A DNA stretch of 64,000 nt from Eledone cirrhosa (taxonomy: Eukaryota): assembly GCA_964016885.1 (NCBI GenBank), contig OZ024741.1, positions 378,386,001 through 378,450,000 on the forward strand. Reading direction: 5' to 3'. The notes beneath the pieces were generated by a model that saw nothing but the letters and a program-made list of their open reading frames with translations, made no database searches and had not been told where the DNA came from. The position numbers and the translations under genes are program-made. Of the stretch, positions 13,734-27,968 are shown in pieces. Within the stretch, counting starts at the first letter, position 1. Each line of letters begins with the position of its first letter.

Positions 13734-16500
13734 TCGTGCCTTGTCTTAAGCCTTTTCTGACAGCACTGGAGCGTTTGCCTTTCGCTCTTCGGATAAGAGA
13801 CGTACTCCGGTGGTTAGGCGGTCCAACTGCTGTCAACACCAAATATGCAGAGGACTGGGCATGCTGTGGCTGATGATAATATTCAAATCCCAAGTTTGTG
13901 TTCTGTATGGTCGACCTAGATAAGATGTGCAGATTATGAGCTGTTTACTGTAAGCTGTACATCGCGATTCCGGCACGTAAGGCTAACAGGGACTGGGCCA
14001 GCAATTTAGTTAAGCGAAGGTTTACCGTGGGGTCGACAAGAAAAGTTGGTGGAGGCCTCTCAAAATAAAGAGTAATGTTATTTCGATAGGTTTTAGCAAA
14101 ACAGGGTTGAAGAAAAATAGAAAGGAGGGATAGCTGATAGGTAAATTAGACGAGGTAAATTGAAGCAACTGAGGTGTTAGCGGTGAGGATGGCATTAGAT
14201 CATTTGTTCAATGTGATAGAAGAAGGCTGCATTTTCAGAGCAAAATCGCGAGCTCTGAGAAACGAGGGAAACTAAGCTGTTCTATGGGGCCCGCGTGGTA
14301 GAGGCAAAGCGTGGTAGCAAAACCACAATTCGGTCTTTGACGGACCGAGACGAACAAAGCAAAGTGATTCCAGACGGATAGAGTGAGGCATTTCGCCAGC
14401 ATTGTCCTCAGTTGTTAGGAGGGAGTGGCGGGTCGGAGACGGTAGTGGACATCAGACCCTACCTCGACAGATTACCGCATCCCTCGACGACCAACGCTGA
14501 GCACTTCGAAAATCCTATAACTTCGGCCGAAATTCGGGACGCCCTAGTCAGCTGCACGTGGCGCAATTCACGCGGTTTGATTGGTCTGCCCTATGAGGTT
14601 TACACATATATTACAGAATTGTTCTCCGATCTCTACTGCAAATTGCAGCAGAACGGGTGTATTCCCAGTTCGGTGCATAGTGACGCGTAGTGACGCGGAT
14701 GAGGAAAATGAGAACTAGACAGCTACATTAAACAACTCCAGGCCCATAACACAGCTCAAGACAACATTTTAGATTTTGGCCAAGGTGTTAGCGAACAGTT
14801 TGGAGCTTGTCGCCGAAGAATTTGTTGGGGAAACGCAGTCCCGACCAGGACCATATACGACAACCACCACCATATGCGAGACATCATAGAGAGGGTAGGT
14901 TGTAAATTTGGCTTCGCTGGGTCTCGGGTCAATAAGTTCGATCAACGATACCTGGAGGCTGTCCTCTAGGCAGCTGGCTTCGGCCCCGACTTCAGATGCC
15001 GGATCATGCAATTTACTGCGGCCTTCTCTCCACCCTTCTGTACGTATTCAATGTCAAACCTTTACTGTGGTAGCTGGAACTATTGCAGAGAATATCGCTT
15101 GAACCGGGATGCGGAAAGCCTGTGACAGATTATGGATATGACATCAACCTTATGGTGTCGGAGGCTTCGGAAAACGAGGTGGTCGGCACGTTATTGGAGT
15201 GATATGAAATGTTGACGGGAGCGAAACATAACCCTCAAAGGTCGGTGGGCTTGCACCACGGCACCTGGAGAGCAAAGTCCATGCTGTCCAATAACGTCGG
15301 TGGGTGCTGGACGGACGGACGGTAAAGTTGCTCAGGATTTCGTTAGGACCAGACCGTCTGGTGGATAAGAATTGGGACGAGGTGACGACAAGATTAGCCA
15401 GTCTCACGCATAAATAGGCTATGAGGAAGCTGTCGCTGAAAGATCGGACAGAGGTGGTGAATGCGTACATCACGTACGTCATCTACTAACGCCTGACCTT
15501 CGTGTCTTGTCCCCGTTCGTGCCTCGCCAAATTGCAACGGCTCCCTTTCAACTCCTTTTCAATGGGACAGCTTGCGTTGGTGAGGCCGTCAATATGCTGC
15601 CATTACCCTCTACACAGAGGGCTAGCTATGGCGTGGCTAATGTTGTGCAAACATGGGCTGATCTTGCAGCATCTCCAGATATTCGCTCTAAACGGTGAAC
15701 AGGTTTCGTTTTCAGACGGGCCTTCCCGCAACTCATCTCTTTGACTGAGCTGCAGTCCTGGGTCAGGAAGAGAGCATGACTGGGTTAATGGCATCTGGAA
15801 TGTTGCCATCCACTCACTATCCTAAACCAGGTGGACAATGCGGTCAGTGGAGCTCCCACTCTAGAGTTATATAGAGGATTAGTGGTGGGGAATTGCGACC
15901 ACGCACTCGGAGAGGCTCTGCACGGCGATGGATAAATTCCAGAAACCCCTCGCTTTGCAGTGCTACCGGAGGGCATTGCCGGTTCGACATAAACACTTCA
16001 TGCACGGAAGTGCTGTCAGACGGGCCTGCCGGCAGAGCGATCACAGCGTTCTAGACACCCTCGTCCACTGTCCGCGCATTACTGACTTAGGGAGATATGT
16101 TGAACAGCTGTTGTCGCGTGTAGAACGGATCCGCCTTTTCAAGTTTCACTAGTAAAGTGAGATGAGGCTGGAGAGAGAAAAGGTGTCCTCTGTACATATG
16201 CTGAATGGTGGGTGAATGTGGCGGGAACGGCCCTTGCGAATGGACCTACTCGGACCAGGTGCCTGTATTGTCATGGATTTGAGGAGGTGAGGAGTGCCCT
16301 TTCTTGCTGCCCTCGAAGGGTTGAGGGTTTATTCCCCTATTATTGGTTAACTGTGTTGTTAGTATTTTTCTTGTTTATTGTTATTTTTTTCATATCTTGT
16401 ACTCGACTTTTCTGTGAAGACCCAACTGTCTCCGTTTATTGTATTGACCCTTATATGCAAGCCCTTGTGGCCAATACATGAAACAGATATTATTATTATT
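13734..16500 (+). mobile_element. Tx1/L1-clade LINE, 5'-truncated, heavily decayed and rearranged
   Basis: GLPYEVY, ILAKVLA, FQKPLALQCYRRALPVR motifs; 3' end gcccttgtggccaatacatgaaac then (ATT)n; 13734-13880 is an out-of-order piece of the post-RT region. Confidence 0.88.
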
Positions 16501-16507
16501 ATTATTG

Positions 16508-19500
16508 GTCTGTTCGGACGTCTTTTTGCTATCTCCATGTAAGTCGCTTTATTTACCTGTTATAATTATTTGTTGTTTAATTGCTCTTGTTGTATAAGGG
16601 TTATAAGCCCTTGGTCTTCGCCCCGTGTAGGGGAATATATAATATGTGAACAATATTTGAAAAATATTTGAACAATATTTGAACATTTTACTTTAAAAAA
16701 AAAAAAAAAAAAAAAAACATGGCTGAGTCCCCCCAACAATATGTCTGCTGTGATGTGACAACGGCGTAAATGTTGAGAGGAGGGTTACAAACATTGATAC
16801 AACAAACACCACCACAAACAACGTGAACAAAGATAACAAAACTGAGAACACTAATTTTAAAAAAAAATGACCACACCAACTCCAACGATAACAGCGACAA
16901 CCAAAATACAGACAAATAAAAGAAATGACAACACTGAAAATATAAGTAATAGCAATTGGCATTATCGGTAGAGGGTCAGACGCCATGCTTTGTAGCACAG
17001 TTACGTCCCTTTACGAACTGAGTTCAAATCCCGCCGAGGTTAACTTTGCCTTTCATCCTTACGGGGTCGATAAAATAAAGTACTAGTAATGCACTGGGTA
17101 ATTGCTGGCCTTGTGCCAAAAGTAGAAACAATCATATAGATTTGTCACAAACACACATGGATTTCCCTCCATTACCAACGTCTACAGGTGTTAAAGCCGC
17201 CATCCCCACCACCACAATGTCAAAAAGAACAAACAACACAACTGACACCACCACCACCACAACTGAATCTAAAAATAATAATAACAAACATTACAATAAC
17301 TACAACAACAACAAGAGCAACAATAAGAATAAGAACATCAACACCAGTGCAAAACCAAATGTGTTTGCTAAAGCGGCAAACAAAAATGAAATGGATGAAG
17401 TAAGCCAGGAAGAATTGAATGAAGCCAAGCGAATGGTAGAAAAATATGGTTACAGTGTCATCCCCCACCCCGCCCATATAATACCATGGAGCATCGGCGC
17501 CTATGCATCGTGTCGTATCGGACTGTAATTATTAAAAGGCGCCGAGAGGAACAGGCATCCGAGTCCCAGATACAAAAAGCTTTGGGACATGTGTGGGCTC
17601 GGAAAACCCACATCAGACTTGGTCAAAAATATGCAATCGTCGACATGTTCTTTGGCACACTACAGTAAGCCAGAGAGCACTCCATGGCCGCATTAAAAAG
17701 TGACCAGTTCACACTAGTCCCAAGCTATTGTGGTCAGAGGCTGGTAATATCAGGGTCACCCAGGTTCCGCCAGCCATTGAAATTCCCTTGCTAATGGTTG
17801 CCGTCCTCGCCGACATCGAGGCCAACACTAAAGTAATTGAGGTGATAAAAGTAAATCAGGAGAACTGGTCCGGATCTGGGATGCAGCTCCTAATCCAAGC
17901 GGACCAAAAACATACAGGAAATTCCAGAGGTGATATACCTCAATGACGGCAGCCACCTCACCGTAACCGTTGATGGTAGAAGGCCTAGGTCTGTTGTTTG
18001 TGGAGAAGGAACCCACCTAAAGGCTTTCTTCCCTCAGGCTAAAAGGTTGAGGCCATCTCTCCTACCCACTCCAGTGACTCAACCATCAAAACCAGCAGCA
18101 GAAATGGCAGCAACAAGTGAAGCAAAACCAACACCACCACCACCAACTACCCCAGAATTAGCACCAGCGCCTCCACCATACACCAAACCACAGCCAAAAC
18201 CAACGCCTGGGGAGGATTTTCCACTCCCCTACCTATCGCAACTGGAGACAAATTGTAACGACGAGGAGGATTGGGAAACTATATTTGGAAAAAAGAAAAA
18301 AAAAGATACCAAACAAAAGAAAATCCCTCTGCCTTCGCCCTCCAAAAACAAAATGCAGGGCGAAACAAACAACCAAACTAACAAAAAAGTTAAGACAGCT
18401 ATGTCACCACCCACACCAGCACCATAAGCCCCATAACCACAAACACCAACACCATCACCATCATTAACCCCAACACCACCATCACCAGCACGACAAGAAT
18501 CACAAACAAGCGAAACAGAAACAAACCCACAACAAACATCTTTTTCCACTCCTTTTCAACATGACCTTACTCAGAATAGGCACCATAAATGCGCGTGACC
18601 CGGGGTCGTTAAGGAAGCAGGGCCACATGCTCAACGCCTTCAAGTCACTAAACATAGATGTGGTGGCCATCATCGAGACCAGAATATCCGAAGCACGAGC
18701 CTTCGCACCGATCTTCGGCGGATACGATGTATACGCATCTACCAGCCGTCCAGGATCGGAGTGAGTTGCTGTGCTTTTTCGGAGAATTTGGATCTCGCCA
18801 TACGGGTCATTATCCTGGACCCAGAAAGAAAGTCGGTGGAGCTAGACGTGACCGGCTGCGAAGGTAATGCTTCCGGCTGGTAGCCGTCTCGTCTACGACC
18901 CAACAGGAGCAGGACAGCCTGATTTCTTCAAACGTCTATAGAACTTTCTTGGAACGTCCCGCTCTTTCGTGTTAGTGGGCGACTGGGACGGTATCTTAGA
19001 TGCACTCTGGGATTATGTGGGGCTAGTAGACAGGGCAAGAGGGTGTGAAAGCCTCAACAAACTGCTCAGACGTTTTGAAATGTCTAACAGGTATAGACTG
19101 GATTATCCGAATGTGCCAATTTGGACATGGGCAAACCACATCGGGTTATCCAGATCGTATTTAGATAAGGTATACTGTAGGGAAACAGATAAGGCTAGTG
19201 TAAGTTGTCCACAATTTAAAGTAGTTGACTACACGGACCACAAATTCGTGAGCTGTGAAGTTGACTTAGCTAGACTCTATAGGCAAGGGCCCGGCTACTG
19301 GAAGCTAAACGCGTCGTTTTCGGCGCGCAAAGCATACAGAGATCGGATTGGCGAATTAGTTAAGCGTGCGTTGACGGGTGCGATCGTCAACAAGAGTTCG
19401 TGGCTTACCCTGAAAAGGCCTACTAGAGTAGAATCGATAAGGTTTAGCAAAGGAGTAGTAATGTAGGAAAATTGAGTAGAGGGAGAGTTAGTTAGAACGC

Positions 19501-22172
19501 TAGAGGAGGCGTTTAGGGCAGGCATTGCAACCGACGTGATTGCGGCGAGATTGGCACTCGACCAATTCTTCAACGCAAAGCATGAAGGCTGCGTTGTCAG
19601 AGCTAGAGCGTGTGCTCCAAGATACGAGGGTCAGAAAGACGTTCAATGGGCCCGGGTGGCGGAGGCGCGACGTGGAAACAGGTCCACAATTCGGTCTTCG
19701 CCTGATCAAAACGGGCGCATGTTGCTCGAAACCGAGCAGATGTGTGCGGCTTTTCAACAGCAGTTTGCTCAATTATTCGGAAGCGGCGGTGGGCCGGATC
19801 AGAGTATAAACTTCGGTGCATACCTGGACGGACTGCCGCGGCTGTTAACGACCGCAGAGAGTGCTGCAAAAAGCCGATGACTGCACGAGGGGTAAATCGC
19901 CAGCTTTGGATGGTCTGCCCTACGCGCTTTATGCGTATGTACCTAACTTCTTTAGCGACCTCTTGGCAGATGTCTATTGCAAATGGCAGCAGAACGGGAG
20001 CATTCCCGGTTTTGTGAGTCGAGGAGCGGTGGCGCTGCTGAGAAAAGATCCGAACAAGGGGGACGTTATAGACAACTTCAGGTCCATAGATCTGCTAAAC
20101 GCAGAGTTTAAGACTTTGGCCAAGGTGTTAGAAAATAGATTGGCGCTACCGTCGGTGATCTGGTGGGAGAGGCGGAGATATGCGCCATTCCAGACAGATC
20201 CATCCACGACAACCACCATCTTATGCGATACATTATAGAGAGATAGAGAGGTTGGTTAAGGAACCTGCCTCGGGTGGGGCCCTGATCAACTTGGATCAAT
20301 CTAAAGCATTTGATAAGGTCAACCATCTGTACCTGGCTGCGGTCCAAGCGGCAGCCAGCTTCGGGCTTGTTTTTAGGGGCTGGTTCGCTACGACGCAGAG
20401 CGATATCTGCTCGATTTTGATTGTAAATGGTCAGCTGCGCAGCTTTTCAACATCATACGCTCGATGCGCCAGGGTTGCCGCCTCTCGTCTCTCTTTTACG
20501 TACTGGCCCTCGAGACGTTACTGCACGAATTGGAGACGGCGAGGAGGGTCCCACGCGAACTGGGATTCAGGAGATCCCTGTCAGCCTACGCTGACGACGT
20601 CACCGTGGTGGTGTCGAGCACCAAACACGTCCAGATGCTAGGCACCGCTCTCAAGAAATACGAAGCGGTGACAGGAGCAAAGATACATAAGGAAAAGTCC
20701 ATTCCGTCCGACAGCGTCATGGGGCGCTGGACGGAAGGACCGGTTTAATTGCTCGGGGTCTGGTTCGGTCCGGAGCTCAAGGTGAAGAAAGACTGGAGCA
20801 AAGTGACGCGCTGGGTGGCCTCTCTCACCCAGAAATGGGCCGAGAGGAGGCTGTCTGTGAAAGGTCGGGCGGAGGTGGCGAATGCATTTATTGCGTCCGT
20901 CATCTGCTACCGCCTGACCATTGTACATTGCCCACGCCCAGCTCTGACCAAAATGGAGCTCCTTCTCTTCCGCTTTCTGTGGAAGGGGCGTGCTCCCATG
21001 GTCAGACGATCCATTTGCTGTCAACAGCCGTGCGTGGAAGTCTAGGCATGCCGTGGCTGATGATGCGCGAAAATGCGCTGAGGCTGCGACATCTCTGGTG
21101 CTTCCTTGGCGGTGAACAGGTGTGGCCACCGTTCGTCAGACGTGCTTTTGCCCAGCTCGTCTCCTTGACGGAGCTGCAGTCCTGGATCAGGAAAAGACCG
21201 AGGGATAGCGCTTGGAAGCTGGAATGTCTCCAATCGCTCACCGCCCTCTATCAGCCGGGTATTAGTATCAATGGAACATCCATCTCTGCGTTCTATAGAA
21301 GACTAATGGTGGGCAAGAGCGACGATGTTCTCGGGGAGACCCTGGGCGTCGAAGACGATCAGCTGTTCGCTCTCTTCAAGAGAACTTTCAGATCGGGGTC
21401 TATGGACAACTTCCAGAAATCACTGGCCTGGCACTGCTACCGAGACCGTTGGCGGTTCGGGAGAAGCTCTACAGGCCAGCAGGTGCTGTCAGCCGAGCTT
21501 GTCCGAGATGAGCGCAGGGCGACGCAACCGTCATGCACGCACTCTTTCAGGATTGCTGACTTGTAGAGCTATGTCGAACAGCTGCTGTCGCGTGTAGGAC
21601 GGATCTAGTTATTGACTGTCTATCGTGCAGATAGCCCCGCCATCCTCCTTTAAAAAGGAAGGACAGGCAGTTTTCATCTGCCAGGTTGCAATGGCCAATC
21701 AGATTGTGTCGTGGTCAATGTTGAAAGGGTTGAAGACGAATACTTTCCTCTTCGACCAATCCTTGATTAACCTTTTCAAGTTTCACTTGAAGAGGAAAAT
21801 CAGGGTGGCGAGGCAAGTGCTGTCTTCTAGTAAGTTGAAAGGTGGATGAAAGTGGCGAGTCTGGTCCGATGAACGCGTCCGCTATGAGTATACGCCTTTA
21901 GACTGAGGAGTGGGAAAAGTGAGAGAGGGTACTTTCCCTGGTGGTCAGGGTGACCGTGGTCTCTTTTGTGTGATTTTCGCCACGAGTGACCCTAGGAGGT
22001 TTCCCGCTTGTGGGGGAATTTGTTTTGTTTGAATTGTTTTGATTTCTAGCCCGATTTTGTTATAACCTGTTTACACGACCAAAACCCAGTCTGTATCGTC
22101 CTGTACTATTCTGTGCCGTCTCTAATGTTTTTCTTCGTGTTCGCCCTTGTAGTCAATAAAGAAACCATTATT
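16508..22172 (+). mobile_element. Near full-length decayed Tx1/L1-clade LINE (ORF1 from ~16719; ORF2 18561 to ~21900)
   Basis: ORF1 DGRRPRSVVCGEGTHLK (degenerate CCHC); APE motifs IGTINAR, IIETR, VGDWD, SYLD, TDH, YWKLN; RT motifs DQSKAFD, RQGC, AYADD; 3' AATAAA and (ATT)n; multiple stops and frameshifts. Confidence 0.92.
16957..17132 (+). mobile_element. Nin-domain SINE inserted in LINE ORF1
   Basis: A-box-like TGGCATTATCGG, B-box GAGTTCAAATCC, core GCCTTTCATCCTTACGGGGTCGATAAAATAAAGTAC. Confidence 0.85.
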
Positions 22173-22175
22173 ATT

Positions 22176-23065
22176 GTTCTTTGAGTCTCAGTCATTCATG
22201 GTATTTAACTGGAAAGTGTGTTGAAATGAATATGAAACCGTTACTTGCAACCTCAGATATCCAGGACGTATCGGATGGTTCTTGCTGTACCCAGAAAGCA
22301 TGCCTTTTAAAATGTTCCAAAAAGCGGGGCTGGACTAATCTTCTCTAACCATCATTGGAAACCTTTTGAGATGGTACCTAGTGCGCCTATGGCAATCGGG
22401 ACGACCTTTATTTCTACGCAGTTCTAAATCCTTTTTAACTCCGACTTTAAATCCTGGTATCGGTTAATATTCTCCCTCTCCTTTTTATGGCATTGTCGTG
22501 TCAAATGGGCAGACTACATCTACAATCAGGCACGATCTTTTTTCCTTGTCCAAAACCACCAAGTCAGTCCTATTGTGTTCTAATTTATTGTCCGGCTGTA
22601 TCCTAAAATCCCATATCACCTTCACTTGATCGTTTTCTATCACCGACTCTGGTTTATGCTCATACCACGTCCCAGATTGTAGTAACTTGTTTACTTTGAA
22701 TAGATGCCAGTTGATCACCCTGCCTATCACATCATGTCTCCAGCCTTTATAGTGAGTCTGGGCTAGGTGTTTACACTCGGATACAATGTGAGCCACGGTC
22801 TCCTCTCTCTCTCCACAGATCCTGCACAGTGGGCTAGCCTCCTTCTTGTCAATATGGTGTTTAGACCACTTCGTTCTGAGGGCTTGCGCTTGCGTGGCCA
22901 TTAGCATTCTTTCTGTAGCTTGTTTAAGGTCTCCTCTTTTTAACCAGTTCCATGTCTGTGGATCTCTAAATTCCGTTTTCTTAAAGAAGGTGTTATGAAG
23001 GGATGTTTCATGGAGGTTGCTCTTCCTCCTTGTTATTTCATCCTTGGACATCCCCTGGTCTCTTG
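22176..23065 (-). mobile_element. R4/Dong-type RLE non-LTR retrotransposon, 3' fragment
   Basis: ORF 22485-23051: AQALRT, CRICGEREETVAHIVSEC (CCHC), RHD, IWDFRI..HNRTDLVV..IVDVVCPFD (PD-(D/E)xK-type nuclease); (AAT)n tail. Confidence 0.9.
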
Positions 23066-23099
23066 TCTTCTACTTCAGTACAATATTCAGCATTGGCTC

Positions 23100-24075
23100 C
23101 CTACTGTCAATCACATAATTATTTTGCCGTGATATTGTGATCACATGGGATGCTCATGTCAATCAATAAACATACCTTGCTTTGTTGGTCTTTTACAATA
23201 ATATCTGGTCCATAAGGTTTTATGGTCCGGTCAGTATGTACATGAAAGTCTCAAATAATTGTTACTTTTTCTCCTTCAGTTACAGCCTCAGGGTGATGAT
23301 TTTACCACTGACAGCAACTTTGATTTCATAAGCTAACATATAAGCCAATGTCTATATTGGTCAACTATGCCATGTCAATATTTGTACTCAACTGGGTCTA
23401 AAACTTTACATCCAGAAACTAGGTGGACCACTCTTTCAAACTCAATGTTTTAGAATCGGCACTTTAGATTTACTCCAGTTCTCATTACATTGTCCAGGTG
23501 ATTCCGTTTCAGTAAGCTTTGATCTTCGGCAGCTAAGATGAAGCCTTTGCTCTCTCTTTTTAGCGCTGAACTACGTAGACACTGACGGTTGTGCCTTTGG
23601 TCAACATCAGCGTGTTTACTAGGGACCACATATTAATTGTTTTCTTCTCTTTTGCTTTTGCCATTAATTGTATCTGCTTAGCAGTATTAATTGCAACAAC
23701 TTCCTCAATGTGTCCAACCTGGGCATCAAGCATAAGATCAGTAGTATATATTTTGCTCTTCTTCAAATAAGAATGAAGCTTCTTACTTCTCTCATGTTTT
23801 GTATCATACATACGTTTGTTGTTTCAAAATATTTGGCCAGTCCAATAGTTGTGGTCTTGTAAGTAAATTCAAATTGGATCAGGTCACGGCTTCCTTCAGT
23901 TCCAAGAAAGTAAAGACGATCCACATCTGCTTTCGGGTAGTGCACCCTATTACTAAATAATAACGTACAGATTTTGGTGTCGATTCTTTTAATTTCACTC
24001 ATACTCCAGTTCAACACACCGAAGCTATATGTAACAACTGGAACTGCAAAGAATTTAAGGCTAACACCTTATTAT
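23100..24075 (-). mobile_element. Second R4/Dong-type fragment, decayed
   Basis: LNWSMSEIKRIDTKI...HYPKADVDRLY..EGSRDL (post-RT HPKADVDRLY..GGRGL motif). Confidence 0.8.
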
Positions 24076-24102
24076 CACTATTATTGTTATCGGGGTCGTT
24101 GA

Positions 24103-24281
24103 TTGGCAGTATCGGTAGAGGGTCGGACACCATGCTTTAACGCATAGCGTTACGGCCTTTGCCATTCTGAGTTCACATCCCCCGAGGTTAACTTTGCCTT
24201 TCATCCTTACGGGGTCGATAAAATAAAGTACCGGAAATACACTGGTTTATTGCTGTCATTGTGCCAAAAGTAGAAACAATT
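24103..24281 (+). mobile_element. Nin-domain SINE copy
   Basis: Nearly colinear with 16957-17132. Confidence 0.85.
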
Positions 24282-24294
24282 AGTATTTTTGTTG

Positions 24295-24370
24295 CTACTG
24301 TGCACTTCTTTCCGTGTATTGTCTCCTACAAGTCGGCTCTTGTGGGCAATAAATGAAATCATTATTATTT
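24295..24370 (+). mobile_element. Solo 3' tip of a Tx1-type LINE
   Basis: ggctcttgtgggcaataaatgaaatcattattatt matches the LINE 3' ends at ~16460 and ~22143. Confidence 0.55.
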
Positions 24371-25239
24371 ACCAGTAATACACTGGATATTAACTGGCCT
24401 TTTGCCTAACGTAGAAACAATTATTATTATTGTTGTTGTTGTTTTACTATTACTGCTACCCCTAACTTTCTGTGTTTGTTTAAAATAAGTATATTTTCAG
24501 CCAACAACAGCCCAGCTATGTTGTAGGACATAATCCACTTGTCAATAGCCACTCATTTGATAATGTGCATATGAATTGTCACCCCACCCCCCATATTCTT
24601 ATCTGTGCTGATTTATCTCCAGCCAGCTTAATCTTTAGATCCTCTAGTATTTCTTACTTCTAATCTTCAGCATCTTACATTATTCATTCTTCTTCCCTTT
24701 TTCGCTATTGCACTTCATATGCTTTCCATCTATAATACTTTCATATTCTCCCTACCCCTCCATTTATTCCTCGCTTTCTATTCCTTCATTGCTTTACTTT
24801 TAATCTTGGCACGCCTTCTATATACTTGCATATTTGAAAACTTCCTTATTGTAGTTTGAAAATTAGATGTCTATATATAAACTTTTGAGTAATTGGATTC
24901 GATTTAATTTGATTAAACAATCGAAAATAGGGACCATAGACCGATTATATAATGCACGCAAAGAAAACCGTGTCGTTGTTATGTAATAAATGATGATCTC
25001 ATTCTTCTGAAATGTGGTGTTTTCGAAAATGTTTGTGAATTTCCATATATGAACTGTAAATTGTTACATTAGGAAACTTATAGTTGAAATGCCAGAGGAT
25101 TTGCCAAACGAAATAATTTGATTGTCGAGTAAAACACTATTGTAAGAGGCTTCAATTCCATGTTACATAATCACTCTAAAATAACTAACAGATTCTGAAT
25201 AGTACTAAAACTCTCTCTCTCCATCTCTCTCTCACTCTC

Positions 25240-25342
<103 letters not shown>

Positions 25343-25348
25343 GTATAT

Positions 25349-25397
<49 letters not shown>

Positions 25398-25402
25398 GTG
25401 CA

Positions 25403-25482
25403 ATTTATACCAATTTATCCAAACGTATGCAACTTCTATTGTCCGACTGCTGATATACACACACACACACGCACATAAATAA

Positions 25483-25564
<82 letters not shown>

Positions 25565-25622
25565 GTATACAGCAGCAGTCGGACAATGGAAGTTGCATGC
25601 GATAGTTTAAATTGGTATAAAT
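25403..25622. repeat. Inverted repeat flanking a (CA)n/(TA)n microsatellite
   Basis: atttataccaattta..atgcaacttctattgtccgactgctg / cagcagtcggacaatggaagttgcat..taaattggtataaat. Confidence 0.85.
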
Positions 25623-25864
25623 CACAGCGTTGAGGAAATGATAGGATGTGGAAGTAACATAAGTTGTTTTGTGGTGAAAAACAGAAAAGCGTTAAACAAA
25701 TTCAAGACGTCGTAGCATACATAAGATTATATAGGGACTGCCAAATACGAAATTAATTATATTTATTCGCATATAAACTTTTTTTCAGTGTTCAAAGCAT
25801 TCTAATTGCAATGTTAAACAAGTCTAAAACAGTCATTTGTTCACAAATAGAAAATAATGAATTA

Positions 25865-26115
25865 CAGAAAGAATGATAGAGAAAGTGAGAGAGAGAGAAT
25901 GCGAGAGAGGGAGGGAGAGGGAGAATGGGAGATAATGAGAGAGAGAAAGAGAGAAAGAGAGTGTGAGAGTGAGAGTCAGAGAGAAAACGAGAGAGAACGA
26001 AAGAGAGAATGAGAGAGAGATAAAGATAGAGGGAATAAAAGAGAGAGGGAGAGAGAGAGAGAGAGAGAGAGGGAGAGGGTTGAGATATCAAGAGAAAACA
26101 ATTGAGAGAAGGAAA
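25865..26115. repeat. Degenerate (GA)n purine tract
   Basis: Visible directly; explains the spurious SL- and RE-rich ORFs. Confidence 0.9.
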
Positions 26116-26679
26116 AAACTGATGCCTCTTACAAAGCAGAATAGTAACAGAAAAAGCGAAATGTTTTTTCTGATACAGTAGTGGAAACTATATTACTGTG
26201 ATGGGAATGACGCATAACGCCAGAATGACAGATACGCAGGAAGTGGAATGGCCAAGTTGGGGAAAGGAAAGAGGGACATAAAAAGAGGGTGTTTGTGTGT
26301 GGATGTGGGTCTGAGTGGATGTGTATGTGTGTGTGGAATAAGTAGAGATGAATAGAAAATGTTACAGACGTAAATGAAAGTGAGGTATTGTGAAAAAAAA
26401 ACAAAACACAAACAGTAATAAGAAATGATCATTGGTAATACAGAAATAAAAAAAAAAAAGCATGAGAGGAAAAACATTAAGTATCATTTGGATGGTTTTA
26501 GAGACGAAGGAAAAAATATCCTTATAGTATCAAAAATGATGTTGCTGCAAATATTTTCTTTGAAGTGAATTTTTATTTTCGTTCCCCGTTGAATACAGAA
26601 TTTCAAAATAAATTCAAAAGAATATATATATGTATATATATATATATATATTTATTTTAATTTCAAAGATATATATATA

Positions 26680-26761
<82 letters not shown>

Positions 26762-27100
26762 CATATATATATATATATATATATACATATATACTTATAT
26801 ATATATATATATATATAATGTGAAGACAGAATTATTGTTCAGAACATATACTTTTTTGTCATGAAAAGAAAAGCGTTGAAGCAAGATTTGTTGAAAGAAT
26901 CAATGGAAGTTTAGAAGGATTTTTACGCGTTATTATTAACATATTTTTTTTTTTGTGGGGGTTTATTTTCCTTCTGTTGTCAGTTTAGAATTTAACATTG
27001 TATATTTCATTCATCTAACAACATAATTCCAACAAATATTGGAATCAAGGAAAACATATTCATGTATGTATATGTGCACACATACACACACTTACACACG

Positions 27101-27131
<31 letters not shown>

Positions 27132-27168
27132 GATTGTGTGTGTGAGTGTGTGTATAACATATAATATA

Positions 27169-27800
27169 TACGAGAGTAAGTCAACAATTATCCGCACATT
27201 CACCATAAGTTTAGGTTTGTTGCACTTGCCTGTGCTATTGCGATCTTATATGTGGTAATATTGTCATAACGTTATCGAAGTGTGAGCTTCATCTTGCCTG
27301 TTTTGTTGCTGCTTTCACAGTGTGAACATAGCAGCACCGCTTGCATTGTGCACCATGGAGCAGTAAAGAGCAGTGATCCGTTGTTTTTCTCAGATCGGAA
27401 TATGTGTCAGGTGATTAAATTCATTGGAGCCATTTGCGAAAAACCGTTGACAGTGCGCTACAACGTAGAATTGTGTAAGGGCCTATCGAGTATCCTGAAT
27501 TGACCCGCACAAGCGTGACTCAAGAATAAGGAACATGACGCCCCTCAACATCTGCCACTGACTAGAAGACTTAGCACGCTCGGGAACACGCAAATTATCA
27601 TCGATGAATATTCATGTTCTCGACAGATTAGTGATGGTTTTGCCTATTAAGTCGTCAACGACGAGATGCGTGCCAAGAGAGTTTACCACAGAAAACAAGA
27701 GCAAACGTCCTGAGGTCTGCCAATTTTGTCTTTGCCACTACAACAATGAAGGCTAGAATTTTGGAATAGCATAGTCATAAAAAATTCAACATAGGTCCAT
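27169..27800 (+). mobile_element. Mariner transposon 5' relic
   Basis: TIR-like TACGAGAGTAAGTCAACAATTATCCGCAC after TA; decayed translation CTMEQ*RAVIRCF and RTSVTQE*GT*RPSTS, matching the mariner HTH N-terminus. Confidence 0.75.
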
Positions 27801-27858
27801 GACGCGCAAGCGTATTGGCGCGATCTAGATCAAACATCGATCATATATATATATATAA

Positions 27859-27968
<110 letters not shown>

